A DNA stretch of 50,570 nt, counting the filler, from Dirinaria sp. TL-2023a (Eukaryota): NCBI GenBank assembly GCA_051941275.1. It is 2 parts of 2 records of this genome, joined end to end, with 100 filler letters (N's around TTAATTAATTAA, not from the genome) between each part and the next. Parts side by side here need not be neighbours in the genome. Positions count along the whole stretch, not along the records: positions 1 to 25,325 come from JAVEBF010000175.1; 1 more part is not named here. The stretch is one strand, 5' to 3'. This document shows, one piece after another, positions 1-12,365 of the stretch (position 1 is the stretch's first letter; each line of letters begins with the position of its first letter). Made by a program: the position numbers and the translations under genes. A model generated the notes under the pieces. That model was not told the origin of the DNA and did no database searches. It saw only the letters and a program-made list of their open reading frames with translations.

Positions 1-63
1 TAGTATCAGAAAATTCGAATCCAATAACATGCGACTTCCTCGCTTCAACAAGCAAGGCCACAT

Positions 64-2052
64 TCAACCCCTTTTCTTTTGTGCATGCCACTCCGCCACC
101 CACGCCTTCACAAACTCCATCTCCTTGAACTGCGTTTCCGCTATCGGCTGAGGCGGCAGCGTCGCAGTCGTCTGATTTAGGAACAGCCCGTTCTCATCCC
201 AATGGTGCACCGCGTCCGCAATGAGTATGAAGGGCTCGTCCGTGGTACTCGTCCGATTCTTCGCTTCTGGCGCATGCGGAGTCGCTCGTCGCCACGGATC
301 ATCCTCGCCGTCGATGATGGCTAAGCGATCATACGCGATGTCGTACCCTCCGTACTTGTTGATGATCTGGGTGTTGGGCGGGGTGGTGATGTTAAAGGCT
401 TCGCGGCAGATGATCTCCTCGTAGGGGAGGTCGATGAGGCGCGAGATGAGCGGAAGTTGCGTCTCCGGCACCCCGCTCCCCGTTTGGAGGAACCCCCACT
501 GGGTGCAGTACTGGTAGGGCCAGCTGCGCCAAGACTGCGACAAGTCATCCTGCTGGTAGTAGGTCGAGTTGTGCGTGGTCCAGCACTCGTTCTGGGATCC
601 AGTGGTGCAAGTAGACGCGATGGATTGGTTCACCCAGCCGGCAAAATTAAGCATGGGTGACAGGATCGTGGAGATTGGAGCCCCATAGCCGCCAAAAGCT
701 ATGAGGTACTCTGCGATGCTGGTAGCATTGCCCGAGGTAACCCGCAGGGTGCTGTTCGCCGTAATGTTGCCGCAGTACTCCGAGAAGGTAGGGTCGTTGA
801 CCGCAGGGTCCCAGTTGCGGCCTTGCCAACCTCCTAATCCAAAGGACAGCGTATTCATGAAGTCATTATTATATCTGGCATTATTGATCAGCTCTAGTGT
901 GCATGGTAATTCTGTGTAAAGCATCACGAGAAGAAAGAGACTGGGAAATGTAGAACGCAGTAGAGAAGCACACAGTGCTTCGATACCCTAGTTGTCAGAA
1001 CCTTACATATTGACCATCGCACCAGCTAAAACAAGCAATAACAACGGAAGAGTTCTGGATTAGGCGGATGCAGAAGACGAAGAGGAGACAACAGTGCCCA
1101 GCCAAAATAGTAGGATGGCCTGCAGATTGAAAGACTTCCAAAGAAAAGAAAGAAACCCTTCTACTTACTCCAAGCCATCTAAGCCAAACAGTGCTTTGAG
1201 CTGTTTGGCAGGCTGGGTGGCGTTGTTGTAATTTTTAAAGATGTTGTCCATGATGTTGACCAGCTTCTGCGTCAACGTCACGCATTCTTGGGGCGCATAA
1301 ATCCTGATTGGCTCGTAATACTCCCAGTAGTCATATATTGCCTTGGTTACCCCTGATGAAGCGATCGAACCTGGATATTCGATCAGACGATTCTTCATGT
1401 TTGCAGGATTTCACACACCCCAATACACTTCAGGATACTGAGTCCGCAAGAAAGCAACAAAAGCTCCCGCATACGATCCTCCATATGCGATATATGGCGC
1501 ATTAGACGCCGTTAGATTTTTATCCTCGAGGCCTGGGAAGACTATATTCTGCGCGAAGTAGGCCTGATCCGCCAGTGCTTGCTCTGTCGTCAGAAAGCGC
1601 AGGTTCTCGGTAGACAGGTCTGGCACTGGGAAACTGGTCCCATAGTAGCGGTGCTCCAGAATCACACCAAGGCCGCCAGTGGCTTTTGCGAGCTGATAAA
1701 CGATACCTTTCTGCAGGTATGGCAAACGATCTTCGCCACTGGTTTCGCCACCTTGGAGCACAATGACAGGGCCTCCATCTCTGTAGTAGGTCGCATCGAA
1801 CCAATAGCGGAGATTAAATGTACCCTCTGAATGTGGCTCATACACGGACTCATTGTGGAAATGATCGATCGGGACAGAGAGATTATGAGCTGGATACAGA
1901 GAGTCTGGATCGATGTCGCGGCGAGTCAGAACTGGGCTGGAAGCGGTTTGTTTTTGGAGCTCGATGAGAGGAGTGGACGCGAATCTGGATCCGATGGCTG
2001 CCGTAATAGATCGTGTGAGCAACAACGCGGCTGCTGCCAGCTTGAGTGCCAT
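64..2052 (-). CDS. Secreted serine carboxypeptidase, peptidase family S28 (3 exons)
   Basis: Signal peptide MALKLAAAALLL. S28 motifs IDHF, LEHRYYGTS, LTTEQALAD, nucleophile GGSYAG, WPYQYCTQWG, DPW and HHWDE. Introns at about 1372-1419 and 875-1168 (GTAAGT...CTGAT...CAG) join ORFs 1411..2052, 1165..1398 and 64..927. Confidence 0.93.
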
Positions 2053-2789
2053 GCTCTCAAATCCTTACATACAATGTACCTACGCCGTCATGTAGTACCT
2101 GCTGTGTATATGGAGATGTGCTTCAATTATAGTATTCGCGCCATGATTCCGTCATGATGCATTGCCGGCTACCACCTGTCGCGATTGGAAGGTGGGTTCG
2201 ATCGGTACCTGTGGTGCTACTGTACACCAGCTGCCCGGTAAACTTTTGAGGTCTGCCTAGAACAGAGATAGAAGGCTCTTGTGACCTTGCATCTCCTCAT
2301 TGGCTGTGACGTGATGCATTTCGGGGTCTATCGGCAGGCTGCGAGACTCACTTTAGACCTTCCTTATTGAGCCAAACGCAGTGGACACTCGCACAGGTAT
2401 TTTACATCTCGTGCCTCTGTGATCCTTTGCGCGCATTAGATCAGCTGACACATCGTCAAATCTGCACATTCCATGAAGAACCAACGAAGCCATTCATCTG
2501 AAGTTCGACGAAAATTAATGGAGAGAGTTATTTTTGAATTGGCGACTTACCCGATGACTGAGCCGATGGCGGCGGATAGGCAGCGCGTTGAAGGGTTGAT
2601 ATAGGGTTATTTGACTTTTGTCTCCTGTGGAGTTTTGGTACGAGTATCATACCTAATTGAACTGAACTGCCCGATCTAAGACAGGCTTTCATGTACAGAC
2701 ATACAGAATGTGTAAACCGGGACCGGGTGGACCGGATACTCATCATCAAGAAAATGCCAAGTATAGTTTGACGAAAACGGTTAGTCTCC

Positions 2790-2950
2790 GCGAAATGGCA
2801 GCCCTCGGAAACGGTAGTCCCCGGATAGGTAATTGGTAATGGATAATGCCTAGGTATAGGCAGTGGCCCGGGTAGTAATAATGGCAGTCCGCATAATGGC
2901 AGTCCGCGGATAGGTATACCGCCGGACTTCGGATAATAGTAATATTGGGT
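2790..2950. repeat. Degenerate short-repeat array, including the perfect 15-bp tandem ATAATGGCAGTCCGC x2 (2878-2907)
   Basis: Recurrent AATGGCAG and CGGATAGGTA-like words within about 160 bp of intergenic DNA. Confidence 0.55.
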
Positions 2951-3367
2951 ATATAGAGTAAACCACAAATGCTCGCTTTCTTATACATGTGAGGCAATTA
3001 ATCACACACATACAAACTGCCAAACATAGGTGCAATTGACCTCATAAATACCTCCTAAATCTGACAGAATGTTTAGAGCCTAAGTGGATATTGATTATGA
3101 TTCCTTCGTCGGGATTACATACACCCTGCTAGTATCTCTTGTTGTACAAGTCAGATACTTTACAGTGTCAGATTTGGCTTGTGAAATGCTTTAATCACTG
3201 AAAAGTTTCATGATACTCTGATGATCGAAGGAATGGACTACCATGAACGTCCCAATGCGGCTCCTACACAGTGATCTCCACGGCCATCAAGTATATCCTT
3301 GGATAACAGTCCAATGATTGATATGCCTTTGTAAGTCCTCTAAGTGATAGCTATCGTCTACGCTTTT

Positions 3368-5036
3368 CTAGCCACTACTCCTAGTCGACAGTATCGCTTT
3401 GCTGCTGTTCTTATCACAGTCTGTACCAGGAAGCGTAATGAGCGCAAGCTGTTCCAAATGCTTTGCCACATGCCGTCGATAATCGTCAACATCCACATGC
3501 AGATGCTCCTTCTTGAAATGAGGATGAGTGGTTTCTTCGTGTGGATGGCCTGCCCATTCGTCGCAGAAGAGGCACACAGAGGCAGGTATCGCTTGCGGGA
3601 GTTGACGAGCCCCGAGTAACAACTCTACTATCTCTAGTCTCGTCACCTTGTCGCCATGAAGTTCCTCCATATGAACCTTGAACTGGTCATAATTAGAGTA
3701 AAGCCCATTCTCATTGTTGCAAATAGGACACAACCACGTCGCGTGGTGCGCCCCCAGTTCATGTTGGAGCCAGGTATCGCGGCGGCCAAACATATCCAGG
3801 CTTTCGCATTGCTCAACAGTGCACACATAAGACGCTAGGTCGGCAAAAACGTGCTCTCTAAAATAATTGTTAAAGATCTACGTCAAGCACTAGGGGCCAA
3901 CTCACTTCCATGCCAGTCTACTGCGAAATTGTTGCAATCCGTAGCAATATGGACACCTGAACGGCTGACCTGTCTCTGCTTCCTTTGGCATGTCAGGCAC
4001 CCGTAGTGGTCCAGTGTTCGCATCCTCGTGCACTGAAGACGCCAAAGACGTATTATCCGGATCGTCGTCAAGAGGTTCTTTCAGCTCACTTGGAACATCG
4101 AGCTTCGAAGCCCTCAAACTTTTCAGAATTGAAGCTACCGTTGGGGTGATCTTTGCGTCATTTGCTAGCCCACCTACGGTATCTCGACTATCAGTGATGG
4201 GCATAGTCTCAGTTGCTTCCTGATTTGATTTCATCGCGTTTTGTTGATTTCCCTGTGCTTTTGCTTCGGCATTGTGCTCGTTCTCGTGCTCCTCTCTGCA
4301 TTTTGAAAGATAGTGCCTACGCCTCGCGATTGCTTGTGCTAGACGCTTCTGGAGCCATTCACTCTGCTGTATCTTCGGATACAGGGTTCCAATAAGCGAG
4401 ACATCGCTGGCACAGTCGCCAAAGCTTTCACATCGATCCGTATAAATCGATGGTGTCATATGGGTTGCCACTGGTATTAGTTCCAATAGACCACAAAGCC
4501 TATCTAAGCTATCCCTGGCGGACTCGAAGCTTACGCCAGCCTCGGATTGCCACCCCGGACTTTCTGCCAGATTTGCGAACTTTTGTACCTTCTTCCATGC
4601 CCGCCTTTTCTCTTCCGAGAATGATTTCAGAAACTTGCGGAAGAATGAGCTCCTCTCGTCGCCATCTCCCGACGCGATAGCGTGAACTACATTCGTCAGC
4701 CATCAGAAGGTGAAATTTCGACGCAGAGCATCCACCTTGACCTAAATGCCGATTCATCATCTGCAATCTCTTCCAGATTTGGCTTGCTAAATCTGGCAGG
4801 AAAGGCGCTTTCTGTAGACGGTACTCGAGCGACGTAGGATACTGCTTATCCACAAACACTTTGCAGTTTTTCCCCCAAATTTCGAATTGGCTTTGTAGCT
4901 GGTCAAGTGCCGAACTCTGAACGTTGAAGCGAGTCTGGATTCCATGGTCTTGGAACAAGTCCCTGAGCTGTTGCAACAGGTGCCAGGAGACTTGTGCTTC
5001 AGGCCGAATACGCTCGACCGAACGTGTTGCCATCAT
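3368..5036 (-). CDS. Fungal helical-N-terminal / multi-C2H2 zinc-finger protein, paralog A (3 exons)
   Basis: N-terminal FEIWGKN...SLEYRLQKAP motif and WLQKRLAQAIARRRHYL motif. Zinc motifs CPYC..WK|HVFADL, CTVEQC..H..H, CPIC..H..H and CLFC..HVAKHLEQLAL. Two GT-AG introns restore one reading frame. Confidence 0.8.
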
Positions 5037-6116
5037 AGAAGGTGGGCTCAGAGATGAAGCAGTATTTCCTTGCGAACAAGTAAGGCAAGCTTTAGTGCTG
5101 ACGGAATGCACTGCAACCAGTCGGCTGGGTCGCGGGTCCCTGGAATGCGTCCCTGGGAGTCGATCACTGATTCTAGCTCATCGAAATGAAGAAAGCGGAC
5201 GCTGTGTGACAGCTACGTAGAGCGAGTGAAGCATCGTTACCCGCGAAGCTACCGAAGTAAGCTTCGCACACACACATGGAACAAGGAACCCGTCCAACCT
5301 CTACAACTGAAGAAGGATACTTGCGGTGTGGATGCTTCCCTAATCCAGATCATGGGATAAATCTAGGAGAAGAGTCACTCCCAGGTGTAGTGAGCTAATC
5401 AGAATAAATCTAGCACTTCCTTGGTCTTCGATGTCGCTAGAAGTCCAGGACGAGAAGTAGCTTAGGGTCCAATGCATGACTGCAATTATCTCTACCCACA
5501 GCTTTTTAGAGGACTATCGGTCCTGTCGTTTTACTAAAGTAGTGTTGATCGGCTGCGAGGCTTCGTTTTTAGATAAACTCTACGAATATCACCGTTCGAC
5601 GTACAGTAGTAATGAAATCCAGCGTACGCAGGGAGTTGATGGAGATGGGCATCATCCTTATGGGTGATAATTGGCAAGTTCTACCACCGAACAACATATA
5701 TATTAGGTTAGGAAGCTTTGCATTTAAAAGGTTAGAAATATTAGCCAACGAATATTTAATCAGCGAGGCTCTTCGTGATATGAACCCTGCTAATGTTTTT
5801 AATTGAAAGACTCCTTCGAAACCTACCTGCATCATCTCGTAGCCATAGAATAGTGAAAGACTCAGCCAGTATAGCGTCATATCCCTCGACAGGTTGGCCC
5901 TCCATCGATTTCACTCATAGACGCGGTTTTGCTCCATTCATAAGGCGGTCATGCCCCATCGCATACCACGCTAAAGTTTTTGAACGCTGTAATCACCCAC
6001 CGCTTGATCTTGCCTTTCCAGCAAGGTTAAATTCCTTCAAATCTAGTAGTGTATCGTTCAGCTGTTGCAATAGACTTGCCAAAGCTGTATCGAGGTACGG
6101 CATACTGACTACTATT

Positions 6117-9100
6117 TCATGATCCTTCGGCTGGTGCTTTTGCCGTTCCCGCCTCAGAGGTGCGTGGTGTCGAACTACCAGACGTGTGTGCAGCATCGAG
6201 CAAACGACGTCGTTCGAGCAAACGCTCCGGCGCGCGTAGAGCATGTTTGGTTCTGTCATAGAACTCGCTCTGGACTTGCTCGTCTTGAAGAAGAAACTTA
6301 AAAGCTCCCGCAAGTGGCCAGCCAGTTTCCCATTCGAATTGGTCTGCAATACGGTGCCATTTCTCAACGCAGGTCTCTGCAGTCCAGTGTTCCTGATCCT
6401 CCAATGCTATTAAGATTAATCTTTCTGTGTAACCGCATACTATTCCAAGGACTTTGTGTAGTGTTTGAGATATTTCGTCGTCCTTTAGCGATTCACTAGG
6501 CTCGAATTTATCTGGCGACAAAGGCGTATCATTAATGTCTTGGTACCAACCGTCAATGGCGTCGCTATATTTTTGTACCTGATCGAAGAGGTCGCTTTGT
6601 TGCGCAAGAATTTCCTGAGCGTCAGCAGGTATTTTCGCTTTAAACCGTGAGAGAGCTTCCAACACAGGTTTGACCATAGAACTCATTGTCTCCATGAATT
6701 CAAGCGCTTCCGCCTTTTCATCAGCTTGGGTCCGAACGCGGCCTGCTTCCTCACCTTTGGTGTTGGTCGTCATCGAAGTGCTTTCATGCATAGAAGGTGC
6801 CATAGAAGACGAGTCAACAGTGGTATCGGGGACGTTTAATGATGACGAGTTACTCATTTTTTCGGAGCTCTGTATTTCCGCCCATTGCCAAACTTTCTCG
6901 TTCACTGACGCAGATGTATTAAACTCTTCAAATATGGAAAGCGCATTTACGTCGAGCTGGGAGCCAGCTTCCAGGCGCTGCTGCTCTCCGCCACTCGTTA
7001 TCGAGCTAGTTCTCGACGCGTGTGGAGAATCTTTTTCGTGAATCGAAATTCCTCCCATTGTATCAGGCTTTGAATCTCTAGCGTCGCCACTATGCTTCAA
7101 AGCGTTGGTTTCTCTCCGAATATCTATAATGGACATTACGGTTCCCAATATGTCAGGATAGATCACCGCTAAATCTTTTATCGTATTGTGGAGCTTATCG
7201 TAATGCCTTTCAGCTCGTGTAGGTAGATCTGACGCAGAGTTACAAGTTCTGTCTGTGTTACCACTGTCGATCGTCAGAAGGACTGCCAGTTATGATGTGA
7301 TGACACGAAGATTCAACATGAACACACCGTTTTTCGTCGATACACGCAGTTATTATCGATACGAATCCTGAAAACTCCAGGAAAACATCCATAATATTTT
7401 GTTCTGAATGCTGCTCAGGGGTTTTGAATATATCATCCAGCTTAGACCAGAACGCATACTGCTCTTTGGTGTAGTCGCGATAGTCAGGTCTAAAATCGCG
7501 GTCGTGGATCCCAAAGCTTTGCGCAAGCAGCTGGAAATAATCACATAGTACGGTTGTGGTCATTTTTAATAAACCCAGTGCCTGCCAGCCGGTATCAATG
7601 GCCTGGTTGCGATTCTTGGAGTCTACTTCTATTATTGAGGCACACTTTCGAATATCTTTACCGATTCCTCGGAGTGTCTCGTCAGTTATCTGGAGGTGTT
7701 CAAATTGGGGCGCCGGCACCTTGAACTCCTTTGCAAAAGTACAAGTGTGATCGATGGTCTCAGCTGCTTCCTCAAGCTGTCTCTTGAAGCTAGCATGATG
7801 TTCCGCCCTCTGTTCGTTCCCCTTCCCTTCCAGAAGGATTTGTCTCATAGTATCATTCTGAACCACACGAGATGCATCTACAGCAGTTTCAAAATAATGA
7901 CACCGCATGTATACATCGGCTCCGTAGTCGAGGAGTAATTTGGCCACAGCTGGCTGCCCGCCAGCGACTGCAGCACCAAGAGCACTACCCCATGTTCGCC
8001 CGCTAGCATTCACATTCTCCCCAGCTTTCAACCGACGAAGAACTTCGACGCCTTTGCCCTCGTAAGCATCGACATGAAGAGCGGGGTCTGGCTGGGCACT
8101 AGTCGATGCATCGGGGAAGTCATCCTCAACCTTGAGGCTACTTTCGGCACCTGGATTTGCGCCTGTCGAATCCACGTCCTCATCTGCATCCATGCGACCT
8201 CTAGGAAGCGCAAAGAGAGCCAGCTGTTCCATGTGTAGGGCGACGTGCTCGCGATACTGGTTCGGTGTCACAAGAACCTTTTCTCCTTCATTCTCGGGGT
8301 TAAGTCTCACTAAAGTATTCTCCCATTCGTCACAGAAGGCACAGGACGACGGCGCAATTGCCTCAACTGGCCGGCGAGCTATATCTAATACGTACGGCAA
8401 CTGGACCTCTGTAAGACTCGTTTCATGGCGTGTACGCATGTGAGATTCTAGATGCTCACGCAAGGTGAAAGGTCTATGCGAACAATAGCGACAACACCAC
8501 TCGACCCAGTGGCTTTCGAATTCGTGTTTCTGCCACGAGTTGCGATCTATGAACAGCTTCAGCCCGCAATCTGGAGCAGTGCACAGGTAGGGTCGTAGAT
8601 CGTTAAAAACATGTTTCCTATCACTCACTTGATTAGACTGATCACGGCTGATGGCCCAGATAGCTTACTTCCAAACACGCCTGCGCCTGCACTGCTGGGC
8701 AGTATGACAGTAAGGGCACAAGAATGGGCCAGTGGCCGCTTCTTCTGGTATGGGAGGAACATGAAGGTCGGCGTTACTGGACTCGACAACAGTTGTTGCA
8801 TATGAACCTAGTGATTGTTCGTCCAATTCCGGTTCGCCACCTTGTTCGAGGTCCTCGAATTTGGACATGACGAAGGTCGTCGCCTTGGAAGTTTCGGTCT
8901 CGATCTGAGAGGGGCGAGAAGTTTGAGCTTCTGCAATTTGAGCCAACAAAGGCGGCCGTGACGGGGTCGGCTTTGAGCGCTCCAGATCGGTGACAGGCTT
9001 CGGTACTATCTTCATTGACATTGTCCGAATAGACTCGTCATCTTCATGATGCGTCCGGCAGTATCTCAGAAAATGACGACGCTTCGCTGCAGCTGCACCA

Positions 9101-9781
9101 AGACGCTCCACTAGCCATGGGCTTTGCTTTAGTTTTGGAAACTTGTGTTCCACATGAAGGATGTCAGGCTGTTCGTTAAATGGATCTCCTCTAGTTGACA
9201 AGGCCTTGCTGTAACGGTCTCGATTGGTAGATTTCTGAATGAGAAGAGACAAGCCATATAGGTTGGTGACGAATTCAATGCAATATTTGAACAGCTTGCT
9301 CGACTCTGAGAAAGGTTCAAGATCATCCGGATCGACGAGTCCTAAAGCTACAAGTTCATCTATCTCTTGAGGTGACAGCTGCACCTCATCCCTTGGGGAG
9401 ATGATGCGGTTCTCCCGCTGACCTGACACAATTGAGGTCACTGAACGACGTTAGGAAGTGTCCGACTGCTCCGCCATATGAAATTCGCTCACAGTCATTT
9501 AGTGTCTCATTCAGGTCCTTCAGATTTTCAGCTACGAGTTGCGCTACTTTTGGTGCGTCCTTGAGTCTGGCACCTAAGGAACTACGCTTGTTATGAGGTT
9601 GTAACGCTTTGATATTAGTAGCCCAGATATTGAAGCGCGCAAATTCGTCAAGGATAGCGTCGCGTGAGAGGCCGTGATAAGGCTCTTGTAGAGTATCTTT
9701 CAGCAGATCCTCTAGCTTTGCAAACGTTCTGATTGAGGTCTGGGCTTCATTGGCGATTTGCGAGTGAGGCTCGGTAGTCAT
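6117..9781 (-). CDS. Helical-N-terminal / multi-C2H2 / ankyrin-repeat protein, paralog B (4 exons)
   Basis: DEFARFNIWATNI...SSLGARLKDAP, WLVERLGAAAAKRRHFL, CPYC..WK|KHVFNDLRPYLC and HVALHMEQLALFALP. Ankyrin-like GSALGAAVAGGQPAVAKLLLDYGAD. An intron at about 7264-7328 joins ORF 7258..8628 in frame to ORF 6117..7166. Confidence 0.8.
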
Positions 9782-10519
9782 TGTAATCAAGCCTTTTTTT
9801 GAACCTTTTTCTCAGAGCGTCGATGGTGCATGCGACTGCATAGAAATATGATCGCCTTCTTCATTCAATAACCAAGCTGTAAAGATGACAACACTGTTAC
9901 GAAGTGCAGGGAGGAGCGTGGGGTTTTTCGTCAAATGCACCGACCCGCCCAAGAACATTCGTGAAATCGACAAGTCTAGCCCGAAAATTCTCGAGCGACC
10001 TCTAGCGCATGGGCACAACAGTGTACTTGATGGGAAATGTTCCTAGGCGTGCATTTTGCGTCAATGATATACAGGCAAAGAAGTATTCACCGTGACCTGG
10101 ATAGCGTAAGATAATGGCTTTCTGGGACTGCTCTCACATGATTCTCGACATCGGTACAGAGCCAGAGAGCGAGAGCGAGAGCTCGAGCTCGATCTGCCGT
10201 AAGTTGCTAGGAATTAATACCAGTGACGGCACCGAAATAGCCGCTTGCATGGATTGTGCTCCACGGGTCAGCACAGATTGGTGGAAATTGTGCTTCGGAT
10301 GCAGGCCGCAATGGACTTTTGCAAAGCCACATTCGTGCATGAGAAGATCAACCAATCGTCGATTAAGACAGGAATAGCACGCGACGGGCAGGGCCTGAGG
10401 GCATTGGCTTTGCTTTGCATTTGGAGCCTCTTAAGTTATGCTCCATAACCTGGCCTTTGATTTGCATTCGTGAAGTCGCTTTTTTTCCCTGCACAAGTGT
10501 TCGCTTGCCTCCAAATAGT

Positions 10520-12365
10520 ATGGAGATCGCGGGCATCGTGCTTGCTGTTTTCCCTCTCTTGGGTTCGACAATAGAGGGTGTTAATCTCGTGAAATCCGTG
10601 TTTTCCCTGCAGCAGGAGTATTGGAGCTGCCGACAACGAGTTGGTGTTGAACGGGTACTGTTTGAAAACAACCTTCGATTGCTCTTACAGCCGATAATAT
10701 GTGATGAACAGCGAGTTGATGAACTGATATCGCATCCTAATGACGTATCTTGGAGAGAGACAGAACTGAACGAGAAAGTACGTATGAGGCTGGACCGGAG
10801 CTATGGGGTCTACCTGGATACTGTTAGCAGCATTGCGCGTGACTTGTACAGCTTAACAAAGTCACTCGGTACCAGCGACGAGGTCATCCAGGCTAGATTA
10901 GGACCGACGGTCAGTTCACTTCTCAGGCCAGTTCGTCTCTGAAAAAAAGTACGCTGAGCGCTCATTACCACAGCATTCCCACGCCATCGCCACTTTTAGA
11001 AGCAGCACAGATCGGGCTTCAGCTTTGGTCAAATACGAAATCTTCTGTCTAAAGTTCTTGTACAATGCTAGGAATAGGGAAAGATTACTCGACTCCTTGA
11101 CGAAGCAGAACCGCCAAATACGCACATTGCTTGAACAACAAGATGAGTTGGCGTCCTGCTCGACTACACCACACTCTTTAGCGCCGCGAAAGCCACTGGC
11201 GAAATCACCTTTAGTGCGGTGTTGGCGCCATGCGAGCAACATCTACAGCCTAATGCAAAAGCTCTGGTGCTGCGATTGCCGAGATCATCACCATGCCGAA
11301 CTCCTTCTAAGACATCATAATTCAAACACTAAGGAAGTCGACTACAGAGTATACTTCAATTTTGCAAACGGTGTGGATGATATGCCAGATGCGCCATGGA
11401 GATTTACGGCAGCGACGATCTTCCCAGGCGACAGCACTTATGGGAAAGCTTCCAGAGCCCAGCCTTTATCCCCGTTGGCGGTCATGAGTGACATCGTTCA
11501 GAAGGAGGCAGCTGAAGCATCGAAGAACAGACGAAAGCGCCCAGGAAAACGAGGCGTATCTTTTGTATTACCAGCTGCAAGTGTGATGGCTTCCTCACCA
11601 AACACCATTGAGCCTACTGAGCCCGAGATCACCGATCTGTGCGCAACCATGGCGAACGCCTTCGGAGAACGTAAATGCCTCGGGATTGCAAGTGATGATT
11701 CCAAACATTACTTCATTGAGCCTCTGGCTTATCAGGAACCCCCCAATACGAAGATGGAATTTATACCCCTTAGTGAAGCATTACGGGGAGAGCCGAAGGA
11801 GCTCAGCCAGCGGAAAAGGTTTTCCGTGGCATTGGCTATCGCCTCCTCATTTCTCCAACTGCATAACTCGCCTTGGCTTGGACCACATTGGGGCAAGGAG
11901 GACGTGTATGTAGTTTACGACAGACATACAGGGAAGTTTTACGATGAACCTCGGATTTCACGGAACTTCTCCGCCATTACCGCTCCTGGGACGAGCCAAA
12001 GCGATCCAAGTATCTCAACCCTTGGGATCATACTGATGGAGCTCTGCTATGGAGTGTCGATAGATAAGCGACCAGAAAGAGAACGCTTTCGTTTAGCTCA
12101 TATCGATAAAGACACAGTGGACTTATTCATCGCACTGGATTTGGATAAAGGGTATTCTCTGCAATATATGGATACGGGCTACGCTTCCGCAGTCAGCTAT
12201 TGTCTGAAGAATACGATCATGAAGCAGTCGGCGGGTTTTGACGATCGAGAATGGCGTGAGGTGTTTCTGAAAAGAGTAGTTGAACCGTTAGCACTCTGCA
12301 CCGAATACGCTTTGAAAGTAGAGGGCCCACGGGAAGAGCACGGCATTCCAGGCCTGTCCGTATGA
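10520..12365 (+). CDS. HeLo/HELL-like N-terminal helical domain + C-terminal degenerate kinase-like domain protein (2 exons)
   Basis: Starts MEIAGIVLAVFPLL. Intron 10910-10973 (GTCAGT...CAG) joins the ORFs in frame. C-terminal RFSVALAIASSFLQLHNSPWL, TLGIILMELCYG and YASAVSYCL resemble kinase C-lobe subdomains without HRD/DFG. Confidence 0.72.

Noticed and set aside
875..1168. Long 294-nt intron of the S28 peptidase with an internal CTGAC..TAG (about 988-997) and donor-like words, suggesting a nested intron, microexon or snoRNA
   Set aside because: The internal donor-acceptor spacing (19 nt) is too short, a 1-nt microexon would break the frame, and no convincing box C/D or H/ACA layout was seen.
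5300..6110. Possible extra exons or a degraded gene between paralogs A and B
   Set aside because: Splice-like words are present, but no tested junction yields a sustained frame or recognisable motif.
10157..10192. (GAGAGC)n-like run in the divergent promoter
   Set aside because: Short simple repeat with no further support for function.
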